64,000 bases of DNA, from the NCBI GenBank assembly GCA_963666055.2, contig CAXWPH010000015.1, forward strand, positions 736,001 through 800,000, written 5' to 3'. The number at the start of each line of letters is the position of its first letter. Position 1 is the first letter of the stretch. Positions 62,014 to 64,000 of the stretch are shown one piece after another. A model generated the notes under the pieces. It searched no databases. It was not told where the DNA came from and was given only the letters and a program-made list of their open reading frames with translations. The DNA is from Acidobacteriota bacterium (GTDB lineage Bacteria > Acidobacteriota > UBA890 > WLXD01). The position numbers and the translations under genes are program-made.

Positions 62014-63419
62014 ATGAGGGGCCAAAGGGTCTCCAACGGTGCCAGCGAGCGCGGCAGCATCATTGTGGCGCTGTTGCTGGTCATGTGCCTGAGCGCGGTG
62101 GTGATGTCGAGCCTTATGATCTCTACCGTCGAGTACGAGCTGTCGGCGAACACCCTGCGCGAAGCGCAAGCGTTCGCGTTCTCCGATTCCGGCATCGAGT
62201 ACGGCCTGCACATGCTCCGCGAACCCGGCGTAGACGCCAACGGCGACCCGATCGTCGTCAAACATCGACGCCCTGCTGCTGGGCGACGACGGCACCGCCA
62301 ACACCGACGATGACGGCCTGCTCCTGGATGCGCCGCTGATCATCGCCGACGGCGGCTTTTGGATCCAGGTTGTCGACAACGACGACGGCGATGGCGATCC
62401 GTTCACCGATCTCGACGGGAGTTTCAGGCTTGGCTCCACCGGCTTCTCGCACAACAGCGGGCGGCGGACGTGGGTCGAACTCAGCCGCTCCGGAGGGGGT
62501 GGCAGTAAGGGTGGCGGTCCGAACTCGTTCGTCACCAACGGGGCGCTCGAAGTCGGCGGGCACACCAACTTGTATGGATCGGGCGGGGGTGCTGCACTCC
62601 AACACGGAGCTGGTACTGAAGAACAGAACGACGGTGGAGGGCGTGGTGACGAGCTCCGGCGCGCTTGTGCTGGAGCGCGATCTCATGATTGGCGGCGAGC
62701 TGCTCGATACCGACGCCGAGAAGGACGCCTACATCGCGACGCACTCTAACGTCGGGGAGATCGAAGTCCCGCAGGTCGACCCGCGAGAGATCCAGCATCT
62801 CGCCGACTACAAGCTGGGGGCCGATGGCAAGGTGCGCGACAACAACGACAACGTTGTCTTTGACGCCTCGGATGATCCCTTCAATGGCTGGGTCTACAAG
62901 GGCTCCCACGGCTGGGTTCTGGGCGACGTGGAAGCTGCGGACTTCCCGCCTGCCACCTACTACGTTCAGGGCGATGCCAAGATCGATCGTCATAGTGGCA
63001 CCCCCACGGAGCCGTTGCGAATGACCCTGATTGCCGAGGGGACGATTGAGATCAAAGGGCACACCTACCTCAATGCTGACACCCCGGACCTGCTGCTCGT
63101 GGCCGGCGGTGACCTGAGGATGAGCGGACACTCAGAGTCGGGCTTCGAGTACGACGGAGCCATCTTTGTCCACGAACAAATCTCCTTGCACGGCCACACA
63201 CGGTTCCGAGGCGCTATTTGGGTGGAAAATGCCGAGGACGAGCACAGCCTCGTGTCGGAGAACGGGGTCCACGGGCATGTGGACGTGCTGGCCGGATCAG
63301 GAGCCGGATGGCCGGGCGGCGGCGGCGGCGACGACAGTTTCACGGTGATTACCTGGCACGAGGAGCCCATGGGCAACGTCAGCATCACGTACAGGGCGAA
63401 GCACCAAAACGGCGCCTGA
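62014..63419 (+). pseudogene. PilX-like minor pilin/pilus assembly protein with frameshifts at about 62260 and 62585
   Basis: ERGSIIVALLLVMCLS...QAFAFSDSGIEYG N-terminus, an acidic DNDDGDGDP segment and a beta-helix-like C-terminus. Confidence 0.65.
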
Positions 63420-63548
63420 CCCTCGCGTTAGTTGTGCATTCGGAGGACTGGTTATTTTAACTTTAGTTTGCGTGACTGATCGTATTCAATAGTGGGTATC
63501 GATGTTAAAGAACTGTTCTTCTAGTCTTCGAAACGCGTGGAGAATCGT

Positions 63549-63956
63549 ATGAAGTCCAGGGCGAACCACGAGAACGACGCCGATCGTCGGACCGCTGGAT
63601 TTTCGTTGATCGAGGTCATGGTGGCCGCCCTCATCGTGGTGATGGTGGTGCCGCTGCTGGTGGCGCTGCAGATCCGCGTGCTGAAGATGAACGGCGAAGC
63701 GGCGCAGATGGACATTGCGGTGTGGGCTGCCGAGGCCAAGCTCGAGGCGCTCACCACCGCCGACATCGCGACGCTTTTCGGCGGCAGCGAGGAGATCGTG
63801 CTGGCCGACGGTCGCAAGTTGCTACGGACCTGGAAGACGGACGTCGACAACCCCGAGACCGGGCTCACGGCGGTCGAGGTGACCGTCATTGACATGTCGA
63901 TCGACGAGGCAAAACCGGTGACGCTGTGGTTCGTCATCGGTCCACAAGGCTCATGA
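63549..63956 (+). CDS. Prepilin-type N-terminal cleavage/methylation protein (PilV-like)
   Basis: AG|FSLIEVMVA class III signal. Confidence 0.85.
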   Translation: MKSRANHENDADRRTAGFSLIEVMVAALIVVMVVPLLVALQIRVLKMNGEAAQMDIAVWAAEAKLEALTTADIATLFGGSEEIVLADGRKLLRTWKTDVDNPETGLTAVEVTVIDMSIDEAKPVTLWFVIGPQGS

Positions 63957-64000
63957 GGCGCCTCGCCGACCGCCGCGGATTCTCGATCGTGGAGGTGCTT
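63953..64000 (+). CDS. Prepilin-type protein, 3' partial
   Basis: ATGA overlap with the previous gene; MRRLADRRG|FSIVEVL. Confidence 0.75.
   Translation, partial: MRRLADRRGFSIVEVL

Overview
This is a high-GC bacterial chromosomal segment. The Ser/Thr kinase-TolB proteins and DUF5916/CBM9 receptors suggest an Acidobacteria-like host, but that is inference. Bases 1-35.5 kb hold mostly housekeeping genes: a DASS transporter, class III aminotransferase, Na+/proline symporter, DmpA peptidase, DEAD-box helicase, desaturase, GreA/B factor, frdABCD, P5C dehydrogenase, a radical SAM protein, trkAH, ddl and a dehydratase. This part also hides a UGA-recoded peroxiredoxin-like selenoprotein (UxxC motif plus a SECIS-like hairpin) and two copies of a 279-bp structured CTAG-flanked MITE. 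From about 35.9 to 51.6 kb, a degenerate IS3 is followed by an array of co-oriented integron-type gene cassettes separated by attC sites (7 essentially complete, about 6 decayed halves). No integron integrase is present in the window, so it is CALIN-like, and it carries relic toxin-antitoxin cassettes. Bases 51.8-60.6 kb are a decayed tandem of three Ser/Thr kinase genes. The body of one has been replaced by DUF5916 genes, a PQQ-dehydrogenase/cytochrome c fusion and a tyrosine recombinase scar. The window ends in a type IV minor pilin cluster. Frameshifts, internal stops and deletion scars are frequent and may reflect real decay, long-read errors, or both. All product calls come from motif recognition, not database searches.
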